64,000 nucleotides of DNA, taken from assembly GCA_964643685.1 (NCBI GenBank), contig CAZXTN010000001.1:135936-199935 (forward strand). The letters run 5' to 3'. The DNA comes from Candidatus Micrarchaeota archaeon (GTDB lineage: Archaea > B1Sed10-29 > JAJRYS01). Shown piece by piece: positions 1 to 9,919 of the stretch (position 1 is its first letter; every line of letters begins with the position of its first letter). A model generated the notes under the pieces. That model had not been told where the DNA came from. It was given only the letters and a program-made list of their open reading frames with translations, and did not search any database. The position numbers and the translations under genes are program-made.

Positions 1-2
1 AA

Positions 3-380
3 ATCAACGGAGGATTGACAATCGGCTCAGTAATAAAAGTAGACGACAACTCAGGAGCCAAAAAACTAAGAATAATAGGAAAAGAAGGATACCAAGGAAG
101 AAGAAAAAGAATACCAGGAATAGGAATAGGGCAAATCTTCTTCGGCTCAGTCATCGCAGGAAAAAAAGACCTAAGGAAAAAAATAGTAAGGGCAGTTGTA
201 ATAAGACAAAGAAAACCTTTCAAAAGAGCAAACGGACTGACAGTCCAATTCGAAGACAACGCATGCGTAATAATCACAGACAAAAACGAGCCAAAAGCTT
301 CTGAAATAAAAGGAGTAGTGGCAAAAGAAATAGGAGAAAAATACCCAAAAATATCAACAATCGCAAAAAACGTAGTATAA
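3..380 (+). CDS. rpl14: 50S ribosomal protein uL14 (5' end probably outside the window)
   Basis: DDNSGAKK and FEDNACVI motifs. The frame is open back to the window edge. Confidence 0.95.
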   Translation: MNGGLTIGSVIKVDDNSGAKKLRIIGKEGYQGRRKRIPGIGIGQIFFGSVIAGKKDLRKKIVRAVVIRQRKPFKRANGLTVQFEDNACVIITDKNEPKASEIKGVVAKEIGEKYPKISTIAKNVV

Positions 381-391
381 AGTGATAATCA

Positions 392-748
392 ATGACAATC
401 GCAACTAAACCAAGAACGCAGAGAAGAAACTTGTACAACCTGCCAATGCACAAGAGAAGAAAACAAGTAAGCGCAGGGCTAAGTAAAGAATTGAAAAAAG
501 AATACGGAAAAAACAGCGTGCCAATTGTAAAAGAAGACGTAGTCAAGATAATAAGAGGAGAATACAAAGGAAAAAAAGGAAAAGTAGTAAGAGTAAACTT
601 GAAAAACTATAAAATATACGTTGAAGGAATCACAGTAAAAAAACCAGATGGAAAAGAAGAACACATTGCAATAAGCCCATCAAACGTCATGATAATAGAA
701 TTGAATTTAAAAGATGAGAAAAGAAAACAATCTATAAAGAGGAAATAA
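392..748 (+). CDS. rpl24: 50S ribosomal protein uL24
   Basis: KOW motif (VKIIRGEYKGKKGKV) and spc operon order. Confidence 0.95.
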   Translation: MTIATKPRTQRRNLYNLPMHKRRKQVSAGLSKELKKEYGKNSVPIVKEDVVKIIRGEYKGKKGKVVRVNLKNYKIYVEGITVKKPDGKEEHIAISPSNVMIIELNLKDEKRKQSIKRK

Positions 749-750
749 AT

Positions 751-1470
751 ATGGGAAGCAAAGGAGGAAAAAACCACTTGAAAAGGCTCGCGACGCCTAA
801 AAAAGTAAAAATACTTAGAAAAAACACTGTCTGGACAGTAAGAGGAAACCCAGGAGCACACAAGCTCACAGAATCAGTGCCACTAACAACAATCATCAGA
901 GACTACCTGGGATACGCAAAAACAGCAAAAGAAGCTGAAAAAATAATCAAAGAAAAAAAAGTATTAATTGACAAAAAACCAGAAACAAACCCAAAAAGAA
1001 CAGTTGGATTCATGGACTTAATAGACATCCCCCTTACAAAAGAACAATACAGAGTAACGCTTGACAACAAAGGAAGAATAATCCTCAAAAAAATAGAAAA
1101 GCCAACAGACTTCAAACTAGTCAAAATCAAAGGCAAAAAAATCCTCAAAAAAGGAACAACACAACTAAACCTCCACGACAACAGAAACATACTCGTAAAA
1201 AACGACACTTACAAAGTAGGAGACGTCCTGAAAATAAAATTACCAAACCAAGAAATTGAAAAACACTTGAAAATGGAAAAAGGAAACATAGCATATATAA
1301 CAAAAGGAAAACACGCAGGAAAAACAGGAAAAATAACAAACATAGAAAAAGGAACCCTTCAAAGAAAACCACTAGTAACAATCAAAAAAGATGAACAAGA
1401 ATTCACAACAAGAAAAGACAACATCTTCATCATAGGAGAAAAAACAAGCGAACTTGAAACGATAGAATAA
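751..1470 (+). CDS. rps4e: 30S ribosomal protein eS4
   Basis: HLKRLATP, PGAH and C-terminal KOW motifs; synteny. Confidence 0.95.
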   Translation: MGSKGGKNHLKRLATPKKVKILRKNTVWTVRGNPGAHKLTESVPLTTIIRDYLGYAKTAKEAEKIIKEKKVLIDKKPETNPKRTVGFMDLIDIPLTKEQYRVTLDNKGRIILKKIEKPTDFKLVKIKGKKILKKGTTQLNLHDNRNILVKNDTYKVGDVLKIKLPNQEIEKHLKMEKGNIAYITKGKHAGKTGKITNIEKGTLQRKPLVTIKKDEQEFTTRKDNIFIIGEKTSELETIE

Positions 1471-1490
1471 AAAAAAGAGATGAAAAACAA

Positions 1491-1982
1491 ATGATATCCA
1501 TTGAAAAAGTCACAATCAACATAGGAGTCGGGCAAGCAGGAGAACAAATGGAAAAAGCCAAAAAGCTAATTGAAAAACTAACAGGACAAAAAGCAATAGA
1601 AAGGCACACACAAAAAAGAATACCAACCTGGGGAGTCAGAAAAGGACTAGCAATAGGAGCAAAAACAACACTAAGAAAACAAAAAGCAGAAGAATTCCTA
1701 AAAAAATGCCTAGACGCAGTTGACAACAAAATCAAATCAAAATCATTCGATGAATATGGAAACTTCGGATTCGGGGTAAAAGAATACATAGACCTACCAG
1801 GAGTAAAATACGACCCAGAAATAGGAATGTTTGGATTCGACGTAAACGTGACAATGAAAAAATGGGGATACAGAAACACAAAAAGAAAAATAAAACAAAC
1901 AAAAATACCAAAAAAACACAGGGTTACAAAACAAGAAGCAATTGATTACATGAAGCAAAAATACAACGTAGAGGTGGAATAA
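1491..1982 (+). CDS. rpl5: 50S ribosomal protein uL5
   Basis: EKVTINIGVG and FDEYGNFGFG motifs. Confidence 0.95.
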   Translation: MISIEKVTINIGVGQAGEQMEKAKKLIEKLTGQKAIERHTQKRIPTWGVRKGLAIGAKTTLRKQKAEEFLKKCLDAVDNKIKSKSFDEYGNFGFGVKEYIDLPGVKYDPEIGMFGFDVNVTMKKWGYRNTKRKIKQTKIPKKHRVTKQEAIDYMKQKYNVEVE

Positions 1983-2156
1983 TTGACAAAAGTAAAAGAA
2001 AAGCAAACATACAAGCACCCAAGAGCAGGTGAACCAGGAAGATACTGCGAAATCTGCGGAAGAAACAGGGGACTAGTAAGAAGATACGGCTTAACCTTAT
2101 GCAGGCAATGCTTCAAAGCAAAAGCAAAAGAATTAGGCTTCGAAAAATACAACTAA
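1983..2156 (+). CDS. rps14: 30S ribosomal protein uS14 (57 aa, TTG start, absent from ORF track)
   Basis: Manual translation gives CEICG...LCRQCF...LGFEKY, located between L5 and S8. Confidence 0.93.
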   Translation: MTKVKEKQTYKHPRAGEPGRYCEICGRNRGLVRRYGLTLCRQCFKAKAKELGFEKYN

Positions 2157-2174
2157 AAAAAAGAGGGCTTAAAA

Positions 2175-2561
2175 ATGGCAGACAACTTAACAAACGCATT
2201 AATCAACATAAAAAACAACGAAAACGCTGGAAAAAAAGAGTGCATAATAAAACCAGCATCCAAGCTAATCGGAGGAGTGCTGAAAATAATACAAAAAGAA
2301 GGATACATCGGCAAATATGAATACATCGAAGACGGAAAAGCAGGACAATACAAAGTCCAGCTAATAGGAAAAATCAACAACTGCAAAGCAATCAAGCCAA
2401 GATACGCAGTAAAAAAAGACGAGTATGCAAAATGGGAGCAAAGATACCTCCCATCAAAAAACTTAGGAATACTCATAATCTCAACACCTAAAGGGCTAAT
2501 GACACAACACGAAGCAAAAAAAGCAGGAACAGGTGGAAAACTAATAGCATACATATACTAA
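2175..2561 (+). CDS. rps8: 30S ribosomal protein uS8
   Basis: [10 protein letters not shown] and GGKLIAYIY motifs. Confidence 0.95.
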   Translation: MADNLTNALINIKNNENAGKKECIIKPASKLIGGVLKIIQKEGYIGKYEYIEDGKAGQYKVQLIGKINNCKAIKPRYAVKKDEYAKWEQRYLPSKNLGILIISTPKGLMTQHEAKKAGTGGKLIAYIY

Positions 2562-2578
2562 AAATCAAGTGATAACAG

Positions 2579-3103
2579 ATGGTAAAATACGAAATTGAAA
2601 TCCCAGAAGAAGTGGAAATAAAAATAGAAAAGAACAAGGTAACAGTAAAAGGACCACTAGGACAAGTTGAAAGGGAATTCAAACTAAACGGAATAAAAAC
2701 AATACTGGAAAAAGACAAACTTACTCTTCAAAAAGAAGAAGCCAGAAAAAAACAAAAAGCATACCTTGGAAGCGTAAGAGCACACATCAAAAACATGATA
2801 AAAGGAGTAACAAAAGGACACACTTACCAGTTAAAAATAGTCTACAAGCACTTCCCAATAAACGTGGCACTGCAAGGAAACCAACTAGCAATCAAAAACT
2901 TCGCAGGAGAAAAAAAGCCAAGATTTGCAAAAATATTAGATGGAGTAAAAGTAGACATAAACAACAACATAATAGAACTAACAGGAATAGACATTGAAAA
3001 AGTAGGACAAACAGCAGCAAACATAGAACAAAAAACAAGAATAAAAGACAAAGACATAAGAATCTTCCAAGACGGAATATTCATCATAAAAAAATCAAAT
3101 TAA
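2579..3103 (+). CDS. rpl6: 50S ribosomal protein uL6
   Basis: VKGPLG, HFPI and DIRIFQDGI motifs. Confidence 0.95.
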   Translation: MVKYEIEIPEEVEIKIEKNKVTVKGPLGQVEREFKLNGIKTILEKDKLTLQKEEARKKQKAYLGSVRAHIKNMIKGVTKGHTYQLKIVYKHFPINVALQGNQLAIKNFAGEKKPRFAKILDGVKVDINNNIIELTGIDIEKVGQTAANIEQKTRIKDKDIRIFQDGIFIIKKSN

Positions 3104-3121
3104 TCCCGGTGAAAACAAAAA

Positions 3122-3586
3122 ATGATTAAAAAATTAAAAAAACCAAAATTCCACAGGCAAAACAGCCAAGTAAAAAAAAGACAAGGCACAAGATGGAGAA
3201 AACCAAAAGGAATAGACTCCAAACAAAGAGAAGGCCACAAATCAAGAGGAGCAAAACCAACAACAGGATACAGACAGCCTAAAAAAATAAGAGGACTCCA
3301 CCCATCAGGATACGAAGAAATACTAATCACAAACTTAAAGCAAATAGAACAAATCAACCCAGAAAAACAAGCAATAAGAATAAGCTCCTCAATAGGAGCA
3401 AAAAAGAAACAAGAAATAGTGAAAAAAGTACAAGAGAAAAAAATCAAGATATTAAACCCAAAAATAAACAAGAAAAAAACAAAAACAGCAGACAAAAAAG
3501 AAGAAACTGAAAAAAAGAAAGAGAAAGACGAAAAGAAAAAACAAGAAAAAGCAACTCCTGAAAAAGAAAAAGGTGAAAAGAAATGA
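3122..3586 (+). CDS. rpl32e: 50S ribosomal protein eL32 with K/E-rich tail
   Basis: WRKPKGIDSKQR and RGLHPSG motifs. Confidence 0.95.
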   Translation: MIKKLKKPKFHRQNSQVKKRQGTRWRKPKGIDSKQREGHKSRGAKPTTGYRQPKKIRGLHPSGYEEILITNLKQIEQINPEKQAIRISSSIGAKKKQEIVKKVQEKKIKILNPKINKKKTKTADKKEETEKKKEKDEKKKQEKATPEKEKGEKK

Positions 3587-4026
3587 ATTTGAACCAAGTG
3601 AAAGAAATAGGAAAAAAAGTCTTAAAAGCAGGGAAAAAAAGAATAAAAATAAGAAAGCCTGAAGAAGCACTGCAAGCAATGACAAGAGACGATGTAAGAG
3701 ACTTGGTTAAAAAAGGAGTTGTTGAAAAAAAGAAGAAAAAAGGAACAAGCAGAATAAGAGCAAAAAAAATAAAAGAACAGAAAAAGAAAGGCAGGAAAAA
3801 AGGAAAAGGAAAAAGAAAAGGAGCAACAGGAGCAAGAACAAACAAGAAAGAGAAATGGATGACAAAAATAAGGTCGCAAAGAAAATACTTAAGAGAAATA
3901 AAACCAAAACTAAAAGAAGACGCTTACAGAAAACTATACTTAATGTGCAAAGGAGGATACTTCAGAAGCAAAGCACACCTCAACCTGTACATAAAAGAAA
4001 AAAAATTATGGAAACAAAACAAATAA
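3583..4026 (+). CDS. rpl19e: 50S ribosomal protein eL19
   Basis: TRDDVRDLV, WMTKIR and YRKLYLMCKGG motifs. Confidence 0.95.
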   Translation: MNLNQVKEIGKKVLKAGKKRIKIRKPEEALQAMTRDDVRDLVKKGVVEKKKKKGTSRIRAKKIKEQKKKGRKKGKGKRKGATGARTNKKEKWMTKIRSQRKYLREIKPKLKEDAYRKLYLMCKGGYFRSKAHLNLYIKEKKLWKQNK

Positions 4027-4038
4027 AAATGATGAAAA

Positions 4039-4503
4039 ATGGCAAGCAAAACAACATACAAGGTAAAATTTAAGAGAAGAAGAGAAGGAAAAACAGACTA
4101 CGCAAAAAGACTAAGGCTGCTTAAAGGAAAAAAAGAAAGAGCAGTCATAAGAATAACGAACAACAATGTAATCGTGCAAGTAATCAAATACGTGCCAAAA
4201 GGAGACGAGACAATAATAAACACAACAGCACTTGAACTAAAAAAATACGGATACAAAGGACACAAAGGAAACAAAAAAGCAGCATACTTAACAGGATACT
4301 TATGCGGCAAAAAAGCAGTAAAAAAAGGAGTAAAAGAAGCAATAGCAGACATTGGATTAAAAACACCAGTGCACAAGTCAAACGTGTTCGCAGCAATAAA
4401 AGGACTCACAGATGCAGGGTTAAAAATGAATTACAAAGAACAAGCAATTCCTGAAGTAACTGAAACCGAGAACATTAAAAACGAAATTGATAAAAAATAT
4501 TAA
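4039..4503 (+). CDS. rpl18: 50S ribosomal protein uL18
   Basis: RRREGKTDY and AAYLTG motifs. Confidence 0.95.
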   Translation: MASKTTYKVKFKRRREGKTDYAKRLRLLKGKKERAVIRITNNNVIVQVIKYVPKGDETIINTTALELKKYGYKGHKGNKKAAYLTGYLCGKKAVKKGVKEAIADIGLKTPVHKSNVFAAIKGLTDAGLKMNYKEQAIPEVTETENIKNEIDKKY

Positions 4504-4514
4504 GGGATGAAAAA

Positions 4515-5144
4515 ATGAGAGAAAGAAGAAGAGTAGAAGAAAAAAAACCAGAATGGGTGCCTAAAACAAAACTTGGAAAAATGGTTCAAAACAACGAAAT
4601 AACAAGCATGGAACAGATATATGAAAAAGGATTGCCAATACTTGAACCTGAAATAGTAGACAAGCTCATACCAGACTTAGAAGAAGAAGTGCTTCAAATA
4701 AAAAGCGTTCAAAGAACAACAGACTCAGGAAGAAAAGCCTCATTCATGGTGACAGTCGCAGTAGGAAACAAAAAAGGATATGTAGGAGTAGGAACAGGAA
4801 AAGGCCTTGAAGTCCGCCCAACAATAGAAAGAGCAGTAAGAAACGCCAAAAAGAACATAATAAGCATTAGAAGAGGATGTGGTTCATGGCAATGCGGATG
4901 CAATGAAGAGCACTCACTGCCACATAAAGTCAAAGGAACATACTCATCAATAAAAGTAGAATTAATGCCAGCTCCAAAAGGAACAGGAATAGTAGCAGGT
5001 AAAAAAGCAGCGCAAATACTAAAACTCGCTGGAATAAAAGACGTCTGGAGCAAGACAAGCGGAAACACAAGGACAACCTTCAACTTCGCAAAAGCAATAA
5101 TAAAAGCATTAAAACAAACAAGAAAAATGAAAGTAAAAGAGTGA
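4515..5144 (+). CDS. rps5: 30S ribosomal protein uS5
   Basis: WVPKTKLG and RGCGSW motifs. Confidence 0.95.
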   Translation: MRERRRVEEKKPEWVPKTKLGKMVQNNEITSMEQIYEKGLPILEPEIVDKLIPDLEEEVLQIKSVQRTTDSGRKASFMVTVAVGNKKGYVGVGTGKGLEVRPTIERAVRNAKKNIISIRRGCGSWQCGCNEEHSLPHKVKGTYSSIKVELMPAPKGTGIVAGKKAAQILKLAGIKDVWSKTSGNTRTTFNFAKAIIKALKQTRKMKVKE

Positions 5145-5151
5145 AAACAAA

Positions 5152-5595
5152 ATGACAATAGCAATAATAAGACTAAGAGGGAAAGTAGGAGTAAATAAGG
5201 GAATAGAAGACACAATGCAAATGCTAAAACTAAAAGCACCTTACAACTGCGTAATAATACAAGAAAATCCTCAGTACAAAGGAATGCTTCAAAAAATAAA
5301 AGACTACGTGACATTCGGAACAATCACAAAAGAAACATTTGAAAAAATGCTATTCAAATGGGGAAGGGTGGAAGGAGACAAAAAAGTAACCCCAGAATAC
5401 TTAAAAGAAAAAAACACAACACTGGAAGAGCTATTCACAGGAAAAAAGAAATTCAAAGAAGTGGGAATAAAACAGCCATTCAGGCTACATCCACCAACAA
5501 AAGGACTTAAATCAATCAAAAGACCATTCACAATGAAAGGAGACCTCGGAAACAGAGGAGATAAAATCAACGAGTTACTTGAAAGAATGATTTAA
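5152..5595 (+). CDS. rpl30: 50S ribosomal protein uL30 (archaeal long form)
   Basis: FRLHPP and INELLERMI motifs. Confidence 0.95.
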   Translation: MTIAIIRLRGKVGVNKGIEDTMQMLKLKAPYNCVIIQENPQYKGMLQKIKDYVTFGTITKETFEKMLFKWGRVEGDKKVTPEYLKEKNTTLEELFTGKKKFKEVGIKQPFRLHPPTKGLKSIKRPFTMKGDLGNRGDKINELLERMI

Positions 5596-5611
5596 AGAAA
5601 GTGATTAAAAA

Positions 5612-6046
5612 ATGACAACGAGACACAAAGCCAAAATAAGCAAATTAAGAGGCAAAAGAAGCCACGCAAGAGGAAAAGCAAAAAGAGGAAGAGGACGCGG
5701 AAGCAGAATGGGCAGAGCCTCAGTAAAAAGAAGCCAAAGGAACATACAGCATATCATAAAATATGAGCCTGAAAGATTCCATCAAAAAGGATTCCATTCA
5801 CTAAGCAAAAAACTAAAAACAATAAACGTCACAGACTTAGAAAAAATATCAGAAAAACAAAATAAAACAAGCTTCGCACTAAAAAACATCAAAGTCCTTG
5901 GTAAAGGAAAAATAACAAAAAAATTAAAAGTCACAGCAAGCGCTTTTACAAAAAAAGCAATGGAAAAAATAACCAAGGCAGGAGGACAAGCGATTGTCGC
6001 AAAAGGTGAAAACATTGGACTTGAAAGTACTGAAACCAATAATTAA
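5612..6046 (+). CDS. rpl15: 50S ribosomal protein uL15
   Basis: KVLGKG and KITKAGG motifs; precedes secY. Confidence 0.9.
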   Translation: MTTRHKAKISKLRGKRSHARGKAKRGRGRGSRMGRASVKRSQRNIQHIIKYEPERFHQKGFHSLSKKLKTINVTDLEKISEKQNKTSFALKNIKVLGKGKITKKLKVTASAFTKKAMEKITKAGGQAIVAKGENIGLESTETNN

Positions 6047-7391
6047 AATGCTACCAGAAGTAACCAGCCCTGAAAAAAAACCAGTACTAAAACAAAGACT
6101 ATACTGGGTCGGCTTTGCATTACTAGTTTTTGCAATTTTAGGTGTAACAAAACCAATAGGAGTCGCAGCAGTTGAACAATCAAACTATTTGCAGCAAATA
6201 CAATTAATAACAGCTTCTAAAATAGGTTCACTTGCAACACTTGGAATAGGACCAATAGTAATGGCATCAATAATACTCCAACTGCTAATGGGAGCCAAAA
6301 TAATAGACATCAACCTGCAAGACAAAGAGCAAAAAAAGTTATACCAAGGACTTCAAAAAATAGCAGGCATACTATTCGCATTCTTTGAAGCAGGAATCTA
6401 CGTAATGAGCGGATTCGTACCAGCACAACCAGGAATAATCAGCACCTTCTTCTTAATATTCCAACTAGCATTCGCAGCAATAATCCTAATGTACTTAGAC
6501 GAACTCATATCAAAATACGGAATCGGCTCAGGAATAGGGTTATTCATAGCAGCAGGAGTTTCATTTACAATAATATGGAGAGCGCTATCATGGGTAAAAG
6601 CACCAGGAACAATGACATACATAGGACTCATACCACAGTTATTCCAAGGGATAATGACAGGGAACATACCAGAAACAGCAATATTCCCATTAATATCAAC
6701 AGTAATAGTCTTCCTAGCAGTAGTCTTCGCCGAATCCATGAAAATAGAAATACCTCTAACTTTCGGAAGAATAAAGGGATACGGAGCAAAATACCCACTT
6801 AAATTCTTATACGTTTCAAATATACCCGTCATATTCGCAGCAGCACTCCTATCAAACATACAGCTAATAGGAATAACACTACAAGGATTCGGATTCCCAA
6901 TACTAGGACAATTCGTAAACAACAGACCAGTCAGCGGAATAGCATACTACCTAAAAGCACCATACGGAGCATTAGCAAACCCAGCGCAGATAGCAATCAC
7001 ACTAAGCTCAACACAAACAATACTAAACATAATAGTTTACGCAATAGTATTAACAGTACTTTGCGTCATATTCGGAAAATTCTGGATAGAAATAAGCGGA
7101 ATGAGCTCAAAAGAAGTAGCACAACAACTCCAGCAAGTAGGATTACACGTACCAGGATTCAGAAGAGACCCAAGAGTAATAGAAAGCGTACTAGACAGAT
7201 ACATCCCAATAATAACAGTAGTTGGATCAGCAGCAGTAGGACTACTTGCCATATTCGCAGACCTCACAGGAGCACTTGGAACAGGTACAGGAATCCTCCT
7301 AACAGTAGGAATACTCTATAAGATGTACGAAGAACTCGCAGCACAACAAGCAGCAGAACTAATGCCAATGCTAAAAGGGTTAATAGGATAA
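6015..7391 (+). CDS. secY: Preprotein translocase SecY
   Basis: LGIGPIV, LYVSNIPVI, PGFRRD and GTGILL motifs. TTG start chosen from the AGGTGA SD at 6004. Confidence 0.95.
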   Translation: MDLKVLKPIIKMLPEVTSPEKKPVLKQRLYWVGFALLVFAILGVTKPIGVAAVEQSNYLQQIQLITASKIGSLATLGIGPIVMASIILQLLMGAKIIDINLQDKEQKKLYQGLQKIAGILFAFFEAGIYVMSGFVPAQPGIISTFFLIFQLAFAAIILMYLDELISKYGIGSGIGLFIAAGVSFTIIWRALSWVKAPGTMTYIGLIPQLFQGIMTGNIPETAIFPLISTVIVFLAVVFAESMKIEIPLTFGRIKGYGAKYPLKFLYVSNIPVIFAAALLSNIQLIGITLQGFGFPILGQFVNNRPVSGIAYYLKAPYGALANPAQIAITLSSTQTILNIIVYAIVLTVLCVIFGKFWIEISGMSSKEVAQQLQQVGLHVPGFRRDPRVIESVLDRYIPIITVVGSAAVGLLAIFADLTGALGTGTGILLTVGILYKMYEELAAQQAAELMPMLKGLIG

Positions 7392-7392
7392 A

Positions 7393-7878
7393 GTGAAAAA
7401 TAAAATGGCAATAATAGAACTAACAGCATCAGGAACAGAAGTAACATTAATAGCAATAGCAATAACTTTGCTAACATTCACAGCAAACAAAATATTTATC
7501 AACCAAGATGAATTTGAAAAAGTGCAAAAAAGAACAAAAGAAATAAACAAAAACATGAAAAAACACGCAAAAACAACAGACGAAAACATAATGAAAAAAA
7601 TAGAAGAAGAACAAAAAGAGCTAATGGAATTAATGAGCAAACAATTCAAAATGAGCATAAAACCAATGATAGTGACATTAATCCCAATAATGATAATATT
7701 TACAGCAATAAAAGCAAAATATGACAAATCAGGAACAATAGCAACACTCCTTGGAATAAACCTCACATGGTTCTGGTGGTACTTTGTAGTTGTAATCATA
7801 ACAAGCTCAATACTTAACAAAGCATACACAGCAATAAGACAATACAAAAAAACAAAGAAAGCAAAGGAGGGAAAATAA
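7393..7878 (+). CDS. DUF106 / EMC3-TMCO1 (Oxa1 superfamily) membrane protein
   Basis: TM, coiled coil, KPMIVT, then WFWWY; conserved position after secY. Confidence 0.85.
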   Translation: MKNKMAIIELTASGTEVTLIAIAITLLTFTANKIFINQDEFEKVQKRTKEINKNMKKHAKTTDENIMKKIEEEQKELMELMSKQFKMSIKPMIVTLIPIMIIFTAIKAKYDKSGTIATLLGINLTWFWWYFVVVIITSSILNKAYTAIRQYKKTKKAKEGK

Positions 7879-7879
7879 A

Positions 7880-8203
7880 ATGCCAAGACCAAGCGAAAGA
7901 ACAACAAAAAGAAGAAAAATATACAAAAAGACACCAAAAGGAACAGTAAAAAAAATAGTCAAAAGAAGAACAACAACAAAAGCAAAATGCGCAATCTGCG
8001 GAAAAACACTACAAGGAGTAAAAACAACAAAAGGACTTGCAAAAACAAAAAAACGCCCAGGCAGAAAATACTCAGGACACTTATGCTCAACATGCACACA
8101 AAAAATCATAAAACTACAAACAAGAATAAACGAAGGAAAAATGTACAAAAAAGACGCTGACATAAAATACCAAAAATATCTAACAGGCAAACAAAAACAA
8201 TAA
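7880..8203 (+). CDS. rpl34e: 50S ribosomal protein eL34
   Basis: KTPKG and CAICG...LCSTC motifs. Confidence 0.9.
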   Translation: MPRPSERTTKRRKIYKKTPKGTVKKIVKRRTTTKAKCAICGKTLQGVKTTKGLAKTKKRPGRKYSGHLCSTCTQKIIKLQTRINEGKMYKKDADIKYQKYLTGKQKQ

Positions 8204-8217
8204 AAAAAGATGAAAAA

Positions 8218-8778
8218 ATGCAAGTAACAATAGCAGGAGAACCAGGAGCAGGAAGCACAACAATAGCAAAAAAACTCGCAAAAAAAACAGGATACAAATT
8301 AATAACAACCGGAGAAATAGTAAAACAAATAGCAAAAAAACAAAACAAGACAATAGAACAACTCTGGCAAGAACAAGACAAAAACCCAAAAAAAGAAAAA
8401 CAATTCAACAACAAAATAAACAAACAGCAAAAAGAACAAGCAAAAAAATACAAAAACGTGATAATAAACGGAAAACTAAGCGCATACAACAACCCAAAAG
8501 CAGAACTCAAAATACTCCTAACAGCAGACATAAAAACAAGAGCAAAAAGAACAGCAAAAAGAGACAAAAGAACAATAAAAAAACAACAACAAGAACTTGA
8601 AAAAAGAGAAAAAGAAGAAAGAACAAACTGGAAAAAAATGTACAAATTCGACTACGTAAAAGACAAAAACAAATACGACATGATAATAGACACAACAAAC
8701 CTAACGCCGATAAAAATAACAAACGCAATAATAAAAGAAATAAAAAACATACAAGAACAAGCAAAAAGGAGGAAATAG
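8218..8778 (+). CDS. cmk: Cytidylate kinase, archaeal type
   Basis: GEPGAGSTT P-loop and YDMIIDTTNL; L34e-cmk-L14e synteny. Confidence 0.85.
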   Translation: MQVTIAGEPGAGSTTIAKKLAKKTGYKLITTGEIVKQIAKKQNKTIEQLWQEQDKNPKKEKQFNNKINKQQKEQAKKYKNVIINGKLSAYNNPKAELKILLTADIKTRAKRTAKRDKRTIKKQQQELEKREKEERTNWKKMYKFDYVKDKNKYDMIIDTTNLTPIKITNAIIKEIKNIQEQAKRRK

Positions 8779-8780
8779 AA

Positions 8781-9047
8781 ATGGCAATCATAGAAAAAGG
8801 AAGAATCTGCATAATAACAAAAGGAGCAGACACAGGCAAAGAAGCAGTAATCAAAGAAGTAATAGACAAGAACTTCGTAATAATCATAGGAGAGAAAGTA
8901 AAAGAAAGACGCTCAAACATCAAGCACTTGGAACCAACAGACAGGACAACAAATACAATGCCAACACCAAAAACAAAACCAGCAAAAGAAAAAAAGCCGC
9001 AGCAAACAAAAAAAGCAGCACCTAAAAAGGAAGAAAAGAAAAAATAA
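8781..9047 (+). CDS. rpl14e: 50S ribosomal protein eL14
   Basis: GRICIITKGADTGK and NIKHLEPT motifs. Confidence 0.9.
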   Translation: MAIIEKGRICIITKGADTGKEAVIKEVIDKNFVIIIGEKVKERRSNIKHLEPTDRTTNTMPTPKTKPAKEKKPQQTKKAAPKKEEKKK

Positions 9048-9088
9048 AAACCCAACAGCTACTTCTCTTTTTTCCAAGTGAATAAAAA

Positions 9089-9919
9089 ATGAAAGGAATA
9101 ATAATCCTAGACAAGCCGAAAGGCATGACAAGCAACCAAACAAGTCTAGCAGTAAAGCAAATTCTAAACGAAAAAACAGCACACGTAGGAACACTAGACC
9201 CAAACGTAACAGGCATCCTGCCAATACTAGTAGGAAAAGCAATCAAACTGCAGGAATTTCTACAAGCACATGACAAAGAATACGTATGCATAATGAAAAC
9301 AAAAGAAAAAATTCCAGAAGAGGAGATAAAAAAAACATTCGAAGAATTCACTGGAAAAATTTACCAAAAACCACCTGAAATAAGCGCAGTAGCAAAAAAA
9401 ACAAGAGTAAGGAAAATTTACTCACTTGAATTACTGGAAACAAAAGACAACTTCATCTTATTCAAAACCTTCTGCCAGCACGGCACATACATAAGAAAAT
9501 TAATCGAAGACTTTGGATTAATCTGGGGAACAGAAACAGAAATGATAGAACTCAGAAGAACAAACGCAGGAGGATTCACAGAACAAGAAGCAGTAACTTT
9601 GCAGGAAGTCTTAGATGCTGTCAAATTAAAAGAAAAAAAACCAGAACTATTAAACAAAATAATCAAGCCAGTTGAATACGCAGTTAAAAGAATGCCCAAG
9701 GCAATAGTTAAAAACACAGCAGTTAAAAACATCCAAAACGGGGCGCCAGTATACTCAGCAGGAATAATCGAATTAAAAGGAGACGTAAAACACGACAAGC
9801 CAGTGGCAATCTTAACGCAGGAAGGAAAGTTAATAGCAGTTGGAATAAGCTTGTACGATAAGCCAGAGACAAGGAAACATAAAAAAGCAATAAAAACAAA
9901 AAAAGTAATGAGAATATGA
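9089..9919 (+). CDS. cbf5: H/ACA pseudouridine synthase Cbf5 (TruB family) with PUA domain
   Basis: LDKPKG, HVGTLDP, GTYIRKL and C-terminal PUA. Confidence 0.92.
   Translation: MKGIIILDKPKGMTSNQTSLAVKQILNEKTAHVGTLDPNVTGILPILVGKAIKLQEFLQAHDKEYVCIMKTKEKIPEEEIKKTFEEFTGKIYQKPPEISAVAKKTRVRKIYSLELLETKDNFILFKTFCQHGTYIRKLIEDFGLIWGTETEMIELRRTNAGGFTEQEAVTLQEVLDAVKLKEKKPELLNKIIKPVEYAVKRMPKAIVKNTAVKNIQNGAPVYSAGIIELKGDVKHDKPVAILTQEGKLIAVGISLYDKPETRKHKKAIKTKKVMRI

Noticed and set aside
8236-8262. cmk P-loop lacks the Walker A lysine
   Set aside because: GxxGxG(S/T)TT is a known variant in archaeal cytidylate kinases
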